A stretch of 64,000 nt of DNA from Blasia pusilla. Lineage: Eukaryota. Position numbers and translations under genes: made by a program. Below the pieces are notes generated by a model that made no database searches, had not been told where the DNA came from, and saw nothing but the letters and a program-made list of their open reading frames with translations. Below are positions 28,601-42,112 of this stretch, piece after piece; position 1 is the stretch's first letter, and each line of letters opens with the position of its first letter. The stretch lies in assembly GCA_050084515.1 (NCBI GenBank), contig CM114271.1, positions 33,604,001-33,668,000 of the forward strand. Reading direction: 5' to 3'.

Positions 28601-30083
28601 GCCGAAGCTATGGCGTTCAGAAGTCAGAGAAATAAAAGGGCACTCCGATGACGTACTGCGGTGACAAAGCGGAGAACAATTTACATCGCAATCGGGGCAA
28701 GCATGTCTTCCATCGACTTACTTATACCAGCACTCACTGCGACTTTTAGGCCACGACATAGTCGGCTTGTAACCCTCCGGTGGTGGAATCAGACACATGA
28801 GCTTTTCTGCTTTTGGTGGACAATGCCTTTCGCGGAAAGCCATCCTTTGCTTGTCGTACTTCCTCCATCTCTGCAGAAACGGCATTAACAGACCTCACAA
28901 AATTAGCCAAGTTCCACTTCTCTCAGGTCCAGTGCAAGACTACCAAGGAATGTTCTTCAAACATGCCAGATTTGAGCAGAATGTGCACTTCCAACTATAA
29001 GGCAGACTTCTTCCTCGCCTGCAACAGAGAGAGATGCGACCGATATCAATAGTTTCAGCCGTTCCATCCATCCGACAAATAATTTGCAAATGACACACTG
29101 AACGTAACGTTATGCTGATCCCTACGAGAAGGAAGGGGTTGTGGACGCATGTGAAGTAAACAAGAGGCTTCAGTAGACAGGGAATTAGGGAACGATTACT
29201 GATTCCCAAGATCTAGCCAGATTTTCCCACGGCTCTAGACGAAGGAGGCCCAATACTAATAGATCACATGTCGAACATATGGCCATTTCTGCATTTTGGT
29301 AAGAAAATCCTGAGATTGGCGAACGGACCTTGCGGAGGCTAGTTTTGGCAAAAATTACACGCGAAAGAACTGAAATGATAACTCGTCCGAAGGAAGTAAT
29401 TACCACGAGATCTGTTCCGTGAGAGAAGGGATGAGCATCATCTCACTACTAGATCCGTGGGAAAATCCAATGCTGGGCGATTTTGCTGCGAAATGCCTAC
29501 ATAGAAAGGTGAATACCTATCTACCTAGTTTAAACCTGAAAGCTGAACTCCTGGAATCAAAAGATCTGCCCATGCTATCCTGTTCTGAAGCTGTTGTCCA
29601 GAAAACTATGAAAGTGGAATCTCCTGCACTTCGCAAACTCCCGGCAATCGTTCAGGCACCTGTGACGTAACTGCTCCCCCTAACTTCAGAACATTCATGA
29701 TCCACCATGATTCATGACAGGCCTTCCACACTTTCTTTGCGACGTCAATCTCCACCCTCAAACAGAACAGAACAGAACAGAGGAGAGGAGAGGAGAGGAG
29801 AGTAGAGGACGCTTACTGCTGGATCAGAACATGGAGTGATGTCCTGAACTGTGAGGTTGCACTCTGGGAATGGTCCTTGCGTGATGACGGGCAGGCAGTC
29901 TGCCTTCTCGACAACGCTCTCGGACTCGCGAGTCTGGACGAGTATCTTCCCTTTCTCGGAACAGAAGGCTCCTCCGAGATAGAAGGAGATGGCGCACAGC
30001 GATGACACCATAAGAAACAGAGGAAGGATCCTCGACTTCTTCTCGTACCCATACGAGCCGGACTTGTGCTCCTTGTCTTTCAT
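25650..30083 (-). CDS. Probable pectin methyltransferase, PMT family (Methyltransf_29/DUF248, PMT20/PMT21-ERD3-like), type II membrane protein, 8 coding exons, about 602 aa
   Basis: Exons: 30083-29817, 28870-28722, 28457-28262, 27816-27606, 27300-27003, 26720-26346, 26119-26042, 25884-25650. Total 1809 nt, all GT-AG, phases consistent. N-terminal TM helix plus [77 protein letters not shown] and EMDRILRP. Confidence 0.95.
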
Positions 30084-32022
30084 TTTGCCTGACCTGCATG
30101 ACACGAACCTCGAGGCTGTGAGCGCATCGTCACAATCTTGAGTCAGCAGGAAAGCAACGCTACCCAAAAATGAGCTCATGTCCGAAATCCACAGTTGGTG
30201 GCCATTCTCTTCTTCCCGAGGCAGGCGGAACGATGATGTCGGATCCGGAGTAGGCTTCTCTGCTCACGACCGACTGCTCGGGCATTCTCCCTACCTCTCA
30301 CGGTAACCTCGATCCGCTTGCTGGCTTCAACGATCTGTTTAACGCACTACGAGGAGGAGAAAAATCTTCAGAGCAACAATGGTCACTCCGATGTGTTCAG
30401 ATTCCCGTGCACAACTCTTCCGGAACTCCTATGCGCGCGAGTTATGTACTGGCTCGTACGGGGTGACAGGCATGTTGCGAGACAAAAGCTACCGCAGTCC
30501 GCTTGCAATCTATGCTCGCGATAGCCCATGGTTGCTCAACCCTCAGATACACCAAACAGTTCACTCTCTGGAAACAGAAACTCCAGCTCGTTGCTCTGCA
30601 CCGCATTGGATTTTAATGCGCTACTCTTAGTTACTAGCTTCGATCGCAGAGCTCTGGCCAAGCGGAAAAGGGTCCACGACGAGAGCATACACCTCGGTAT
30701 CTAGTTCGACCATCGAAATCATCCGAAGGCGATATTCGGCGTTCCACATCCAGACGACCGAGACACTGAGAGAAGGCAGTTCCAGTACATTTTTCGGATC
30801 GTCCTTGAACCTGAGCTGCAGGTTGATGAATAAGATTCATCCAGATCCGATCAAATTCGCAGACATTCGAAGGCACGCGACAAAGAGGGGGAAGGAAATC
30901 GACGAAAGCCTGCAGTTTCAGACTAAACGAGCATCTATCGTCAAAAACGGAATCAAGTTGGATAATGATTATTTTATCATCCTGTACCCAACTCGACCTC
31001 CAGTGAGTGGGAGTCATGACCTCAATCCAGAGCTCAACGTCTGTCGGAGGCAGAGGAACTTGTCGCCGCTACTAACACCTGCGAGTCATCCGCCCCGTTC
31101 TGCAGAGATCAGATTTGCCTTGAATGCTTCTTGGAAAGCTGCTCTGTGGCCGATGCAGTCTAAACTGGCCTCAACCACAGCAGCGAGAGCCCGCGTCCTG
31201 AAAATTTCCGAGCAGAGACATCCCAACAGCGAAAGGGTGGCGGATGTGCGAGGCCGGGGAGGTCTCCCCAGTGACAAGCCCGGAGCCGAGACTTCGGAGT
31301 GAGACACGGCACTAAAGGAAGAGTCGAGAAAATCTAGTGGCGGAAGGTGCTGCAAAAAGAGGAAAGCGGAACAGGAGTGAGCGGAGGGGATACTGCGTGA
31401 ACGCAGGAGAGTTGAATCGAGTGACCACTCGGAGACAAGGTAAAAGGCGAAATGCGGCTCAGTGGATGCCTCAATCATACGTCCGAGCACTCAGATGGCA
31501 ATAAAAAGCACTTCCCATCCTGACAACAGACCAATGTCACGCCTGGGCACAGCTGTAGCTAGCTAGAGCTAGGTACTAGCTACACCCCTTCCTTCGTGAG
31601 CTCTCCTCACATCCCACTCACCGCATCTCTGCCGTGCTGTGCTCAAGGCACACGCCACTGCAACTCGACAGTCCCGTCACAAACCCAAATCGCCATCTCC
31701 ATATTCGGGCGTTATGTTTACTGTTCTTCGACATGTTTCTATGCTGTGTCCCCCCGATCCCGAGCTCCTCTCCGTTCCTACAGCCTCGCGCTTAGGTGCC
31801 ACGACAGCTTTTAAAAACTCGCTGTGATTCCCATGGGCGGTCCTCGACTCCTCGTCATCCATGGGATCCTGCCTGCTATCCTCGTCATCATAATTTCGAC
31901 CCAACAGAAATTTATTGGCTTCGGGGTCTTAATTCGTCCATTCATTCAATCTCAAGTCGTACGACTTTAGTTCCCTTTTTCACGAGATACGGGAACTCGA
32001 ATGTTTCCTTTTCTTCCTTTCC

Positions 32023-32055
<33 letters not shown>

Positions 32056-33489
32056 TTTGCCACGGCTTCTCCGTGATCTTCACCGGCGCGCGTTCGTAGA
32101 GAGCCGACTAAGTGTTGGCGACTAGGCTTGCTGTGGATGAGATCTGGAGGCGTCTCGTCTCGTCTCATCTTGCTACATACAGCGCGAATGAATGAATGTC
32201 GACCGACTGATTGCCGAGTAAGGAGAGAAGGTCTCTTCCTTTCACGTTCGGAAAGCGGCCGCGAAAAGAAGGTCGGTGCTAGGTCGGCACGGACACAGGC
32301 TTTCAGGTTCATTGGCTACGAGCAAATGCCTCCCAGCTAATGACCAGTGCAAAAAACCTGTGCTCGAGAGAGCTGTCCGCAGGTCCACTTTATCGCGATC
32401 AAGTTACGTGACTCTCTGCAGTACCGCGATGACGGTAAGAAGGCTTGGGGATTCGCAACTGAAACGGCTTCCTGTGACGAAACTTCATCAGAATTCCTCC
32501 TAGCCACGCAGTGAAAACTTTGTCTCGTCGGTTCCTCCATATCTACTTCAGCGTCGGCATACGATCCCAATTCACTTGCCAATTTCATAACGAATCAATC
32601 AATGCGCTTCGTTCTCTCCTCGCCTCCGGGGAACATGTCTTCGTGAACCCCTTCCAGTTCCACGCGCACCTTGCATGGAGATTTGTGCGCCGATCGCGCA
32701 CAAATCTCTGCGCAAACAAATCGAGTGCGCGGTTTCACAGAAGGAAGGGCTCGAGGAGACGAATATGGAGTAAGGGGTTAGGGGTCGTGCCACTTCTTAC
32801 GGCATTAGGTTCCCGTGAAGATTCCGAGAGGGGGGGGTCTCAAACTGCAGTTCGCTGCCCATAGGAGGTGGGACCGCCTTATCCAGTCCGGGATATTCTC
32901 ACCCTAACTAAGGAATCCATTGCGGGTGTGTGGAGTACACCCCGGTAATCGCATAACGGGACGGGCAGGCTCCACGTATGGTATTCTCTCTCTCCTTGGG
33001 GTGAGAAATTTTAGTGAGGGGTTAAATTTTTTTTAATATGTTTTTATTTATTTACTAATATAATACCTGGGTTGTGCATGGGTGAAAATTACCCATGAGA
33101 AAAGCATCTACTTCATTAAATTAAATTAAGCTTGTTACATCTGTCATCATGAGAGGAGGTCAAAATGTATAAGTGTCATCACATCCAATCCACATCCAAT
33201 CACATAATGGGTGGATGGTTCTTCGTGTTGGTGGAGTGCACGCAAACCAAAACAACCACAAGATCTTCTTCTCCAACAAATCAATAAGTTGTTGTTGCTA
33301 TGTCCCTTGAACCTTGAATATAACGACTTGATTAATCCAATATTCCTCCCAAGAAATGAAGATGGTTACCATGCACCGAAGATGGTTGATTCCGATTGAA
33401 TATGCTTTGTAGCACCTTTGCAAAGAGTCTAAAATCATTTAAAATTGTCTTCAATTATAGTAGTAGAGTGTTAGTCTTAGACTTCATAA

Positions 33490-33711
33490 TCTATATTATT
33501 ATAGAGAGAGTGCCTTCTTAATTTGCAAACACCTATCTATTTGACATGTAGCAACTCGACACGAAAAAAATATTTCATATACTAAGGGGAACAATAAAAA
33601 AATTCAAGTTTTGTACAACATCATTAATCCCTTCCCTTCATGTGCTATGCACTAGCAAAAGCTCTTCAAACACTTCTTTATTTTCCGTGCATCGTACCGA
33701 CACCTTACTAG
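33490..33711 (+). mobile_element. Non-autonomous Helitron, 222 bp
   Basis: A|TCTATATTATTATA 5' end; degenerate hairpin ccgtgcatcgtaccg shortly before the CTAG|T 3' end. Confidence 0.75.
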
Positions 33712-35008
33712 TATTCTTAAAAAGGAAGCGTATCCACATAGCCACATCCTAGTTCTTCGGTTCATATCGACGCTCATTTGAATTACTTGCTACTTCTTCT
33801 TGGAATCTTTCCAACAACTCCATACATGATATTTTGCATTCACTCTAGAATAGAGTGAATACAAAATATCATGCAATGCTACTTCAATCATTAGGTAGAT
33901 AGATCTTCTTCAAAATCAAATGCAATGTTGTTTTGCTATCTCTTGAGAATATGCTCACTCCTACACTAATGCGCTCAACTGTGCTTCAATAACACTCTCC
34001 CTTGTGACTTGTTTGCACAAGTGTAATGTACACCCATTATGTCTTATTTGAGAATGCATAGAAGCTCTCGTGCCTTAGCACTTCCTTCTTGAAGTTATTG
34101 TTGAGATACCTTTCCCGAGTACCAAAAGATTAACTTCTTTATTGCAACTCTTCTTAACATCTTTGGCCCTAACAATTCTTCTTCCTCTAGTTCTAATTTA
34201 CAATTCTTCATAACTTGCACATCTTCACTAAAAATGATAAGTTTCTCACAAAAAACCCAAAAAATCTCCACTCTCTTCATAACTTCTTCCTTAAGTTATA
34301 ATGAGAGTATCACTTGAATGCAAGACTCACAAACTTGCCAACCCACTATAGTTGTACAATGACTATATTGCTACTTCCGTGAATTGCAAAGTGGCTAAGA
34401 ATATAGTAGTGAGAGAAATTCAATAAGTTTTAAAGAAACTTCAATAGAATGGTAAGAAAATAAACATTTTTTAAAGTAGAAAGTTATACGGTTTGGGGAC
34501 TAGATTGAGATCCAATTTTAATTACGCAACCAATATAATAGAGAGGATGGATGCATTTGCAAAAATCTTTTTCTAGAAATTGAGGGCCAAAGAAGAAAAA
34601 ATTTCTATCAAAATATCTATATATGTTGAGGATATATGCAAGGAGGTTGTGGAAAACCCCCCAAAATTTGAAGATTAATTAGTTCTTAGTGAGAAGGGTG
34701 TAGGTCAATTATTTGATTTATTATAACACATGCTTTAAATATTTGATGTTTTAAAATGTATATGTTGAAGTTGACTATTGTCATTAATCTTTCATTTAAC
34801 TTTTTCTTGGACCTTAAGCTTCTTGGGTGATTTTTCTAGTAATTAAGTGAGTTATTAATCCAATGGAAGAGATTATTAATTGAATGTATAAATCCTTGGT
34901 AAGAAAGGAAAAGGATTTCAATATTAGACTCATTTCCTAACTTCTTGCAAATATGAAGGGAATGTGAAATATCAATAATATCATGCTATTGAGTTGATCT
35001 CTTCCAAA

Positions 35009-35378
35009 TCTATATTATAATTTGAGGAGTGGTTTGACATTGGCGACACATGCAGAGTTTAACACGTGTCCCTAGAATTCTACATGTATTTCAGACACGG
35101 CGTATACATAAGGGACGGGGCATATACGCATGGAGCAATGCGTTTAAGGCGAATACGCACGGGAGGGGGCATATTATATATAGAGGACCGTGCCCTAGAA
35201 TTATATGTGGATTTTAGACGTGATGTATAAACAAGGGACTGGGCATATAAGCATGGGGAGATTCCTATAAGGCATATATGCATTGGGCGAGACGTATAGG
35301 GCATATACGCACTAGAGGATACATATTATATACAAAAGACCGTACATGGCACGGTTTGATTACGTGCACTTTATCTAG
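35009..35378 (+). mobile_element. Non-autonomous Helitron, 370 bp, with an internal tandem duplication
   Basis: A|TCTATATTATAA 5' end; hairpin GCACG-gtttgatta-CGTGC then CTAG|T 3' end. An internal unit of about 125 bp (ccctagaatt...gggcatata...catattatata...gaccgt) is present twice. Confidence 0.8.
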
Positions 35379-36860
35379 TAATATGTAAGACTCTAAGGAA
35401 ATAATCATTTCATGCTATTCTACTCTTTTTCTTTTTTTTTGAATAAAAAACATAGAGAAGAAAGTTTATTAAACCTAGAAAAAAGTTTGGAATAGATTTA
35501 ATAATAAAAAATAAAGGAAATTTCTAGTTTACCTTTCAAATTAAAATTTTAGGTTGAAGAGATTTTTCTAACCTTCTTAAAAAATTCACGTATTTAAAAT
35601 CATGGGGATTTTTAATTTTAAAATAGTAAAAAAAATCAGACTTGAAAAATCCAACTTCATGAGCGAGAATATTAATTGTGAGTATCTTAAATCTCAAGGG
35701 CTAACACCCTTAATATAGTACATGAGGGATATAATACATGAGGGATTAGAAAATATTTACAATCCTAACAAATTTTAGATATCCATCCTTAGGATCTTAT
35801 AATCTCAAAACCAACATATCATGCAATAGACTACACAATCCAAATTTGGGGTTGTCACAATGTTGTTGGATAGCGATTAAGAATCAAAATGGGAAATAAG
35901 CAACGCTGGGATTTTACAATTGATCATCAAGAGTTCTAAATAAGAATTCTCAAAAATTGAATATCTTTCTATTTTAAAACGACTTAGCATATATTAAATG
36001 CGGAGAACGTTTTCTCCTCGTTTAGAATATGGGAGGGTATTCAATGTAGTTGCCCTCATATAATGTGAATTTGTTATATTATATTGTTAACTTTCTCCTT
36101 ATGCCACATGTCCTAGCCTTCATTAGCAATTTCTCAAAATCTTTTTCATTTTTAATAAAAGAGAGGAAGAGAGGAAATGAAAGATTTCTCGATGAAAGAG
36201 TACATCATACACTTTTTTTTTAAACAATATAATTCTCAATGAGGGAAGAGATGAAAGATATATTGAATTTTCAATAGGAGAGGAGGGAGAAAGAAAGGGA
36301 TTAAAAAAAAAGAGGTTTCGGGAGTCGGAGAGAGAATATATATTATAATGGAGAATACCTCTTCGATTTTAGAAAACCTTTCCTCTTAACACTTTCCCTT
36401 CTCAACCAATAGGATCACTTGTCTTTTCAGCCAATGGGATCGTTCAATGTCCCAACCAATGGGATCATTCAAAGTTGATTTGAAAAGTCAATTAAGAATT
36501 TTGGGAACAAGTTAAGTCATTGGCCACGGGATAATTACTTCTTGTTAATTTAAACCACAAGATAATTTAAATTAATGAGAGGTAATTATATCGCACATTG
36601 GAGGAGAGTTTATTAGTTGATGGATAGTGTTTGTAAATCATATTTGATATTTTTAGGAAGAGAAGGAAGTAGCAATAAATTTGAGTTTTCAATAGAGGAG
36701 GGAAAGAAATGAAAAAGAATATTCCAACAAGACATCCACACTATTATTGGTTGGCAGATAATTTTGGCACAATAAAACAAAATAGTAATATCGTCTTATT
36801 TTGCCCATTTTTTCCAAGTTTAATTGTGTTCAAAAGGATGAGAAGGTTATTCTATTTTTT

Positions 36861-36942
36861 GGGAGTAGTAGGGTTTCATTTATAGGGAGTGGGTCTCATT
36901 TGTAGGAGGAGTGGGGTTTCATTTGTGGGGAGTGGATTTCAT
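36861..36942. repeat. Degenerate minisatellite, unit about 20 bp, about 4 copies
   Basis: Repeated ggagt(g)gg(g)tttcattt(a/g)t. Confidence 0.55.
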
Positions 36943-38133
36943 ACCAAGGAGGAGTGGGATATTAATGTTACCAAGAGGAGTATAACACTAATGTCCTCCA
37001 CTTCTTCTAGAAACCAATGACCTTACATATATATGTAAGGTCAAACATCCCACTCCTCCGTGTTTTGAAGTGGAGGAGTGAGCAATTTTATTTTCCATCG
37101 ACTACACTCCAACTTGCCAATAATATTTAAACAACGAGACTCAACCACAAGCGACTTGCATTGCTCTTCTATTGACACAATCTGCACTTCACATATTTGG
37201 TACTCCAATATCACCATTGCACATGTTGTGATTTTTTTAACTATTGCAGAATGCGAAAAAAGAGGCTTTTTACAACACTACAAATATCAACATTCATATT
37301 CAACAGTTATAGAGAGGGATTGTCAAAAGTGTAGTTGCTTATTACTACAGAGTGCACAAAGAGGAGGCTTTGTTCAGAGATAGTGCATCCTCTATCTGCA
37401 TAGCACATACATGCTAACTAATGCATGAATGAGAATTTTTCTTAGAGTGCTACATTTTCAATAAGAGTGGGAAAGAGAAAAGGAAATTTAAGTATGAGAG
37501 GATAAGAGAGATAAGGATAAATTTTCAACATAGAGTCGTACATCTTTAGGATGGGAAGTTTGATAAAGAAAAAATTTGAAGGTTTAACTTTCAAGAAAAG
37601 GGGAAGAAAGATACAATTTATTTTTTCAATAGAAGAGGGAAAAAGACAAAGGAATAATTTTTTTTCAACAAGGGAAGACTTATGAAGAATTTTTTAAGTC
37701 CTTTGTGTAGGAGTAATGTAGAATTAGAGGCTCTCTCTCTTTCTCTGTGTTTGTTTGTTGGTCTTGCGGGCAAGCTCTCTAGTACTATGACAACAAGGAG
37801 TGGCTCATGAAATGGGACATCTCAATTGATGACCTACCCATGGTCATCAACTAGGATCTGGCCAAACAACAACAAAGCAATTACATCTCCACCAAAGGCT
37901 TTGGGAGACTAGGGGGAATGCATCTCACAAAAATGGAGAAAGAATGAGGTGCTACCAGACCCTCATGGCAGATCCGTGCAACAAGCCTCTTACATCTTTG
38001 CCACCATTCCCACTAACTTACATCATACATTAGTGAGATTTAGATGTGGCTCAACTGCCCTTGAGATTAAGAAAGAAAATTCTTACAGAACAAAAGAGAG
38101 GCTATATTATTTAGATTTTGCAACTCGGGGCTC

Positions 38134-38501
38134 TATCATGACCATACGGATTATGTCGTAGAGTATAGTGTGCTAGTAGAGGCCATACCTTATGTAGGGC
38201 CGTAGTATCTAGGTAGAGATGCGGTTTCATACATAGGGTTGAGGGTTACTCAATTGAGGGTGACTTTTCCAGTAGGGCCCGCTCTTAGGTTGGAGGATAT
38301 AGTGTGGAGTGCACTCAAAGAACAGTTAGTTCTTTGAGTTGAGCCTGTTGCATTGGGAGTTAGCCTTGGTAGTGAGTAGAGCTCTTGGCTATGGTGGTTC
38401 TCGCAAGCTTCGACCTGGATTCTCCCATCGTGGAGTGGGTTTGGCTCAATTGTATGTGATTCTATACGTGTTTTATGATAGTAGGTCTTTCACGGATTTC
38501 A
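38134..38501 (+). repeat. Terminal repeat A1 (5' LTR-like segment, 368 bp)
   Basis: About 95-96% identical to 47451-47816 (about 16 substitutions and one 2-bp indel by manual count). Contains TATA-like gatatag and an 11-bp hairpin at 38313-38339. Confidence 0.92.
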
Positions 38502-38513
38502 CTCAAAGAACTA
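38501..38513 (+). promoter_or_regulatory. Candidate self-priming primer-binding site
   Basis: ACTCAAAGAACTA at the end of A1 is the exact reverse complement of TAGTTCTTTGAGT at 38327-38339 inside A1. No TGG-starting tRNA PBS is present at this position. Confidence 0.65.
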
Positions 38514-39978
38514 GAGTAGATTGATGGTAGCTTTGATTGTGGATAAGTAGGATCTGGTTAGGGCTGATTGTGTACTCAGCCGTGGATGTTCGTGGCTTGT
38601 GGCCTATGTTGGAGTTGGGAATCTGGTGCGTGGTTGGTTAGGAAAGAAGTGCCTTACTGAGAGCTTTCCAACGCGCTTTAGATCGCCGGATTTTTTCAAG
38701 GGAGTTGGAAGTTATCAAGGATGGAAGATTCTGGTTCGTGTTCGACGGTTTTCTGATGTGGAGAGCTTGGAGTGCGGAAGCTCTGTTGAAGTTCATCCAG
38801 ATCGGGTGAGAGTTACTTGTATTGTGATCTCATGTGAAGCTTGTGGAGCGTTGCGGATTTTTGTGTGCATGAATCTAGGCGGAGCGTTGTCGGATTTGCG
38901 ATTCTGGAGGTGTATGGACAACAAGTTTGTCTGATTTTAAGCTCGGAGTACAGAGCTTGATTGTAGCTAATTTTTTGTGGAGAGATAGCTATGGTGGTCA
39001 ATTAAATTCTGGTTGAAATAGATTCAATTTTTGTTGAGGATTTGTGGAGTAATTGCTGATCAAAATTTGACGGAGTAGCTCAAGGTGTGGCTATGGTAAA
39101 CAGCAGATCGGAGGGGCTAGTTGGTTGGTGACTCCTCCGTTGTTGGAGACGCCTATCCCATTGGGGGCGCCCTGGTTGGGCCTCTCTCCATAGCGAAGCA
39201 TGGCGAACGGGGCATGTCTCGAGCATTTTGAGGCTTCGAGGCAACTCGTGGTAGCTCGGGGCGAGTGGGCGTGAGAGGTGGAGTAAGGAGCAAGGAGCAA
39301 GCAAGCAAGCATGCTTGCTTGGGCGTGAGGCAGTTTTTGCAGGATTTGTGATTTTGAGTGTTGCAAAAGTGATCACCCATCTTTGGGCTATTCTACCTGG
39401 AAGACGCTTAACTGCTGAGTTCTTAACTTTGCCAGTGTACACACTAGTGTAGCTCATTTGGTGCTGTTCGGAGATGTGTTAGGCGCTTTATGCATCTCAG
39501 GTTTTTGGTTGATGGACCTCTAGCGCATAGTACGATGTAGCCTCTCCATGCAGGTGATATTTTCAGGTGCTGCGAGTCCGACTAGCACGTCATCGACCCG
39601 CGGCGGAGTAGCTATTGCGTTAAAATTTTGTAGTGGGTTCTGTGGATTCAAGGGGCGCCACGTTTGGTGGATTGTATTACCTTGATTTCCATATACGATT
39701 GGATTGTCGTTGGACTTCTTGTGTTTGGATCCCCTCCATTATTGCTTCTTGCTTGCGCGTCCATTGTTAGGGTTGACGCTGATTTCCAGAGTAGTGTTAC
39801 TCCTGTGTGCTACCGGTAGTGAGGCTCGAGTGATGACCAGTAGACCGTGGGAGGCTTCTTGTGGTGATGACATGTTAAGTTGCCTACACCCATAGCTAGT
39901 AGAGCTAGAATGGTATAGCGACATCGACGTCACTTGGTTACTTAGTGGTGGTAATTTGGTGGTGGTGCGGCATCGGCG

Positions 39979-41425
39979 TTGGTCATCACAAAGTTGTCTG
40001 GTGGTCTGGTTGGGGACCATGGTGCGGACAGTGGTGGTTTCATACGGAGTGGATTGAGGTATCGGCTACCTTTTCCACGCCGGCGGTTGATGAAAGAGGG
40101 AGGCGAGGGTGTTCCAAATACCGAGTCTTCTACGTTGTTATCAAGTGTTGCAGCTCCATTGATTTGGGACATGGATGGGATATATGGGGCCATGAAGGGC
40201 CCACGACGATACTCGGGTGCAGTGGGCACCATTGAGTTGGAGGACTTCATGCAGGAGTTTGATACGTGGTGTGATATGCAGATGTTGTGGAACGCCACGT
40301 TGTTTACACCCTTCTTGGCTTGGAAGGGGTTGTTTCAGCACTTGGAGGGACCACCCATGGATGATTACCATGAGTTTAGGAAGGACCATGTTGTTGAGAT
40401 TAAGGCGTGGAGACAATATTGGTCTCCAGGATATGTGTCTATCATCCATGGTGGTATTGGTAGTAGTGCTTCTACTATGCCAGCCAGCCCAACGTTGAGT
40501 GGTACGAGTACGAGCCGTAGTGGGGGTACCAGTGGAGTTACCCATGGAGGTACCAATGGGGGTACTAGTGGAGGTACTAGTGCCCCACCATCGTTCAGCC
40601 CGATTACAGAGTTCTTCAAGAGGTTGAAGAAGAACTATCAGGGAGTGAAGACAGAGAAGTTGAGGAGTCTTCAGGAATTTGAGCGAAAGACAGGTGAGAG
40701 TCTTCGTGAGGCATACACTCGAATGCGACGCTTGATTTCAGTTACCCAGGGTATGACTGAGGCTTAGGCAATCCAGTTTTGGTATGGGATCTTGAACAGA
40801 GAATTGCGCCGTAGGCTACGTGATGCTACTCTTATGAGTGATGATTCACCCATATTGACCCATGTGTTTGCTCTATCTGAGAAGATTGAGCTTAACATGG
40901 TGAAGGAGAGAGTGGTGACATCCGCATTCAGTAGGGATAAAACTACTACTTCTCGTGTTCAGCAGACCCACCTCACAGTCTCGTAGTAGTGGTGGTGGTA
41001 GTAGTAGTGGGAGTCGTGGGGGGTACACACGACCTCAGTCAGGTCCTAGAGGGACACTTGCGCAGAGACCATTGCCTTCATTTGCTGCCTTGCAGCAAGG
41101 ACAATCATGTTGGACATGTGGAGGTGATCATGTTAGGAGGTTTTGTCCCCAAGAGGATGGGAGGCGGACTTTGGAGGATGGGCCTCAATCGGCCCCAACT
41201 CAGTGTGATCATTGTGGGAGACCAGGTCATCCTCGAGAGCGTTGCTTTGATCTTCATCCAGAGTTGAGATCAGGCCGTGGCCGTGGTGGAGTAGCTCCGA
41301 GAGGCCGAGGTGGTAGAGGTGGTAGGGGTGGTAGAGGTGGACCAGTGGTTGGAGAGCCTACGGTGGCCACCCCTACCACTACGACAGAGTCAGCTATGGC
41401 TGCCAGGATTGAGCAGTTGGAGTAG
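39979..41425 (+). pseudogene. gag: Retrotransposon gag: capsid-like region, two zinc knuckles, RGG tract; contains a stop and a frameshift
   Basis: YSGAVGTIELEDFMQEFDTWCD and GESLREAYTRM; knuckles CWTCGGDHVRRFC (41108-41146) and CDHCGRPGHPRERC (41204-41245); RGRGGRGGRGGRGG. TAG at 40765 and a frameshift near 40980. The true start codon is uncertain. Confidence 0.85.
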
Positions 41426-42112
41426 AAGTTGGCTACTATGGCTGGTATCCAACATAGATCAAGTTCGGGAGCAGGGGCTTCCACCTCTTCTGGAGGGGAT
41501 GACCTCTCTTATATGGCAAGTGCAGCACAGGTTGAGGCATCAGCTGCAGTTACGAGAGGAGCCACTTGAGCGTCAGAGCCACGTGGTGCTACTGTGGAGT
41601 TGGACCTATAGAGGGGTGAGGTTGGGAGGCAGGCTAGGCTTCCCCAATCATTCTTGTTGTCTGAGGTGCTTAGGACTCCATCCATGGTTCCTACGCAGCC
41701 TATTGAGCCTACAGTGGGGATTGAGGCATCTACATCGCGTGTAGTAGACACGGATGGAGCATCCAGTGCAGTATTGTGGATGGCAACTTTAGTGTTGGGA
41801 TCCCCATTGTTTTCGGCCACGGAGCTGATGGCTTTAGGAGTTGACTTAGCTCCTGTATTTCAGCTAGCAGCCACGTTGTGTGAACGTGGGGGTGTTACTA
41901 CTACATGTGCTAAGGTGGATGAGGGTGTTGCGGTGGAGCGACCCTCTATGTGAGGTGTAGCATTGAGTACAAGTGCTACTTGGCAAGCAACAACAGCGAA
42001 GATGGATGCATTACATGTCCGGCCAGCCATTGATCGTGAGAGGCTTACACCTGGTGTATGTATGTTGGACAACCGGAGTGGGATATTCCGATTGGTGAGT
42101 CCTATAGGATAG

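Noticed and set aside
30300-32860. Many 60-165-aa ORFs upstream of PMT
   Set aside because: They are overlapping chance ORFs in GC-rich DNA, probably the PMT 5' UTR and promoter, with no homology-like motifs.
36405-36472. Three spaced CCAAT(A/G)GGATC motifs as a CRISPR-like array or promoter module
   Set aside because: The repeats are only about 11 bp with short, similar spacers in a eukaryotic context with no adjacent gene; a simple degenerate minisatellite.
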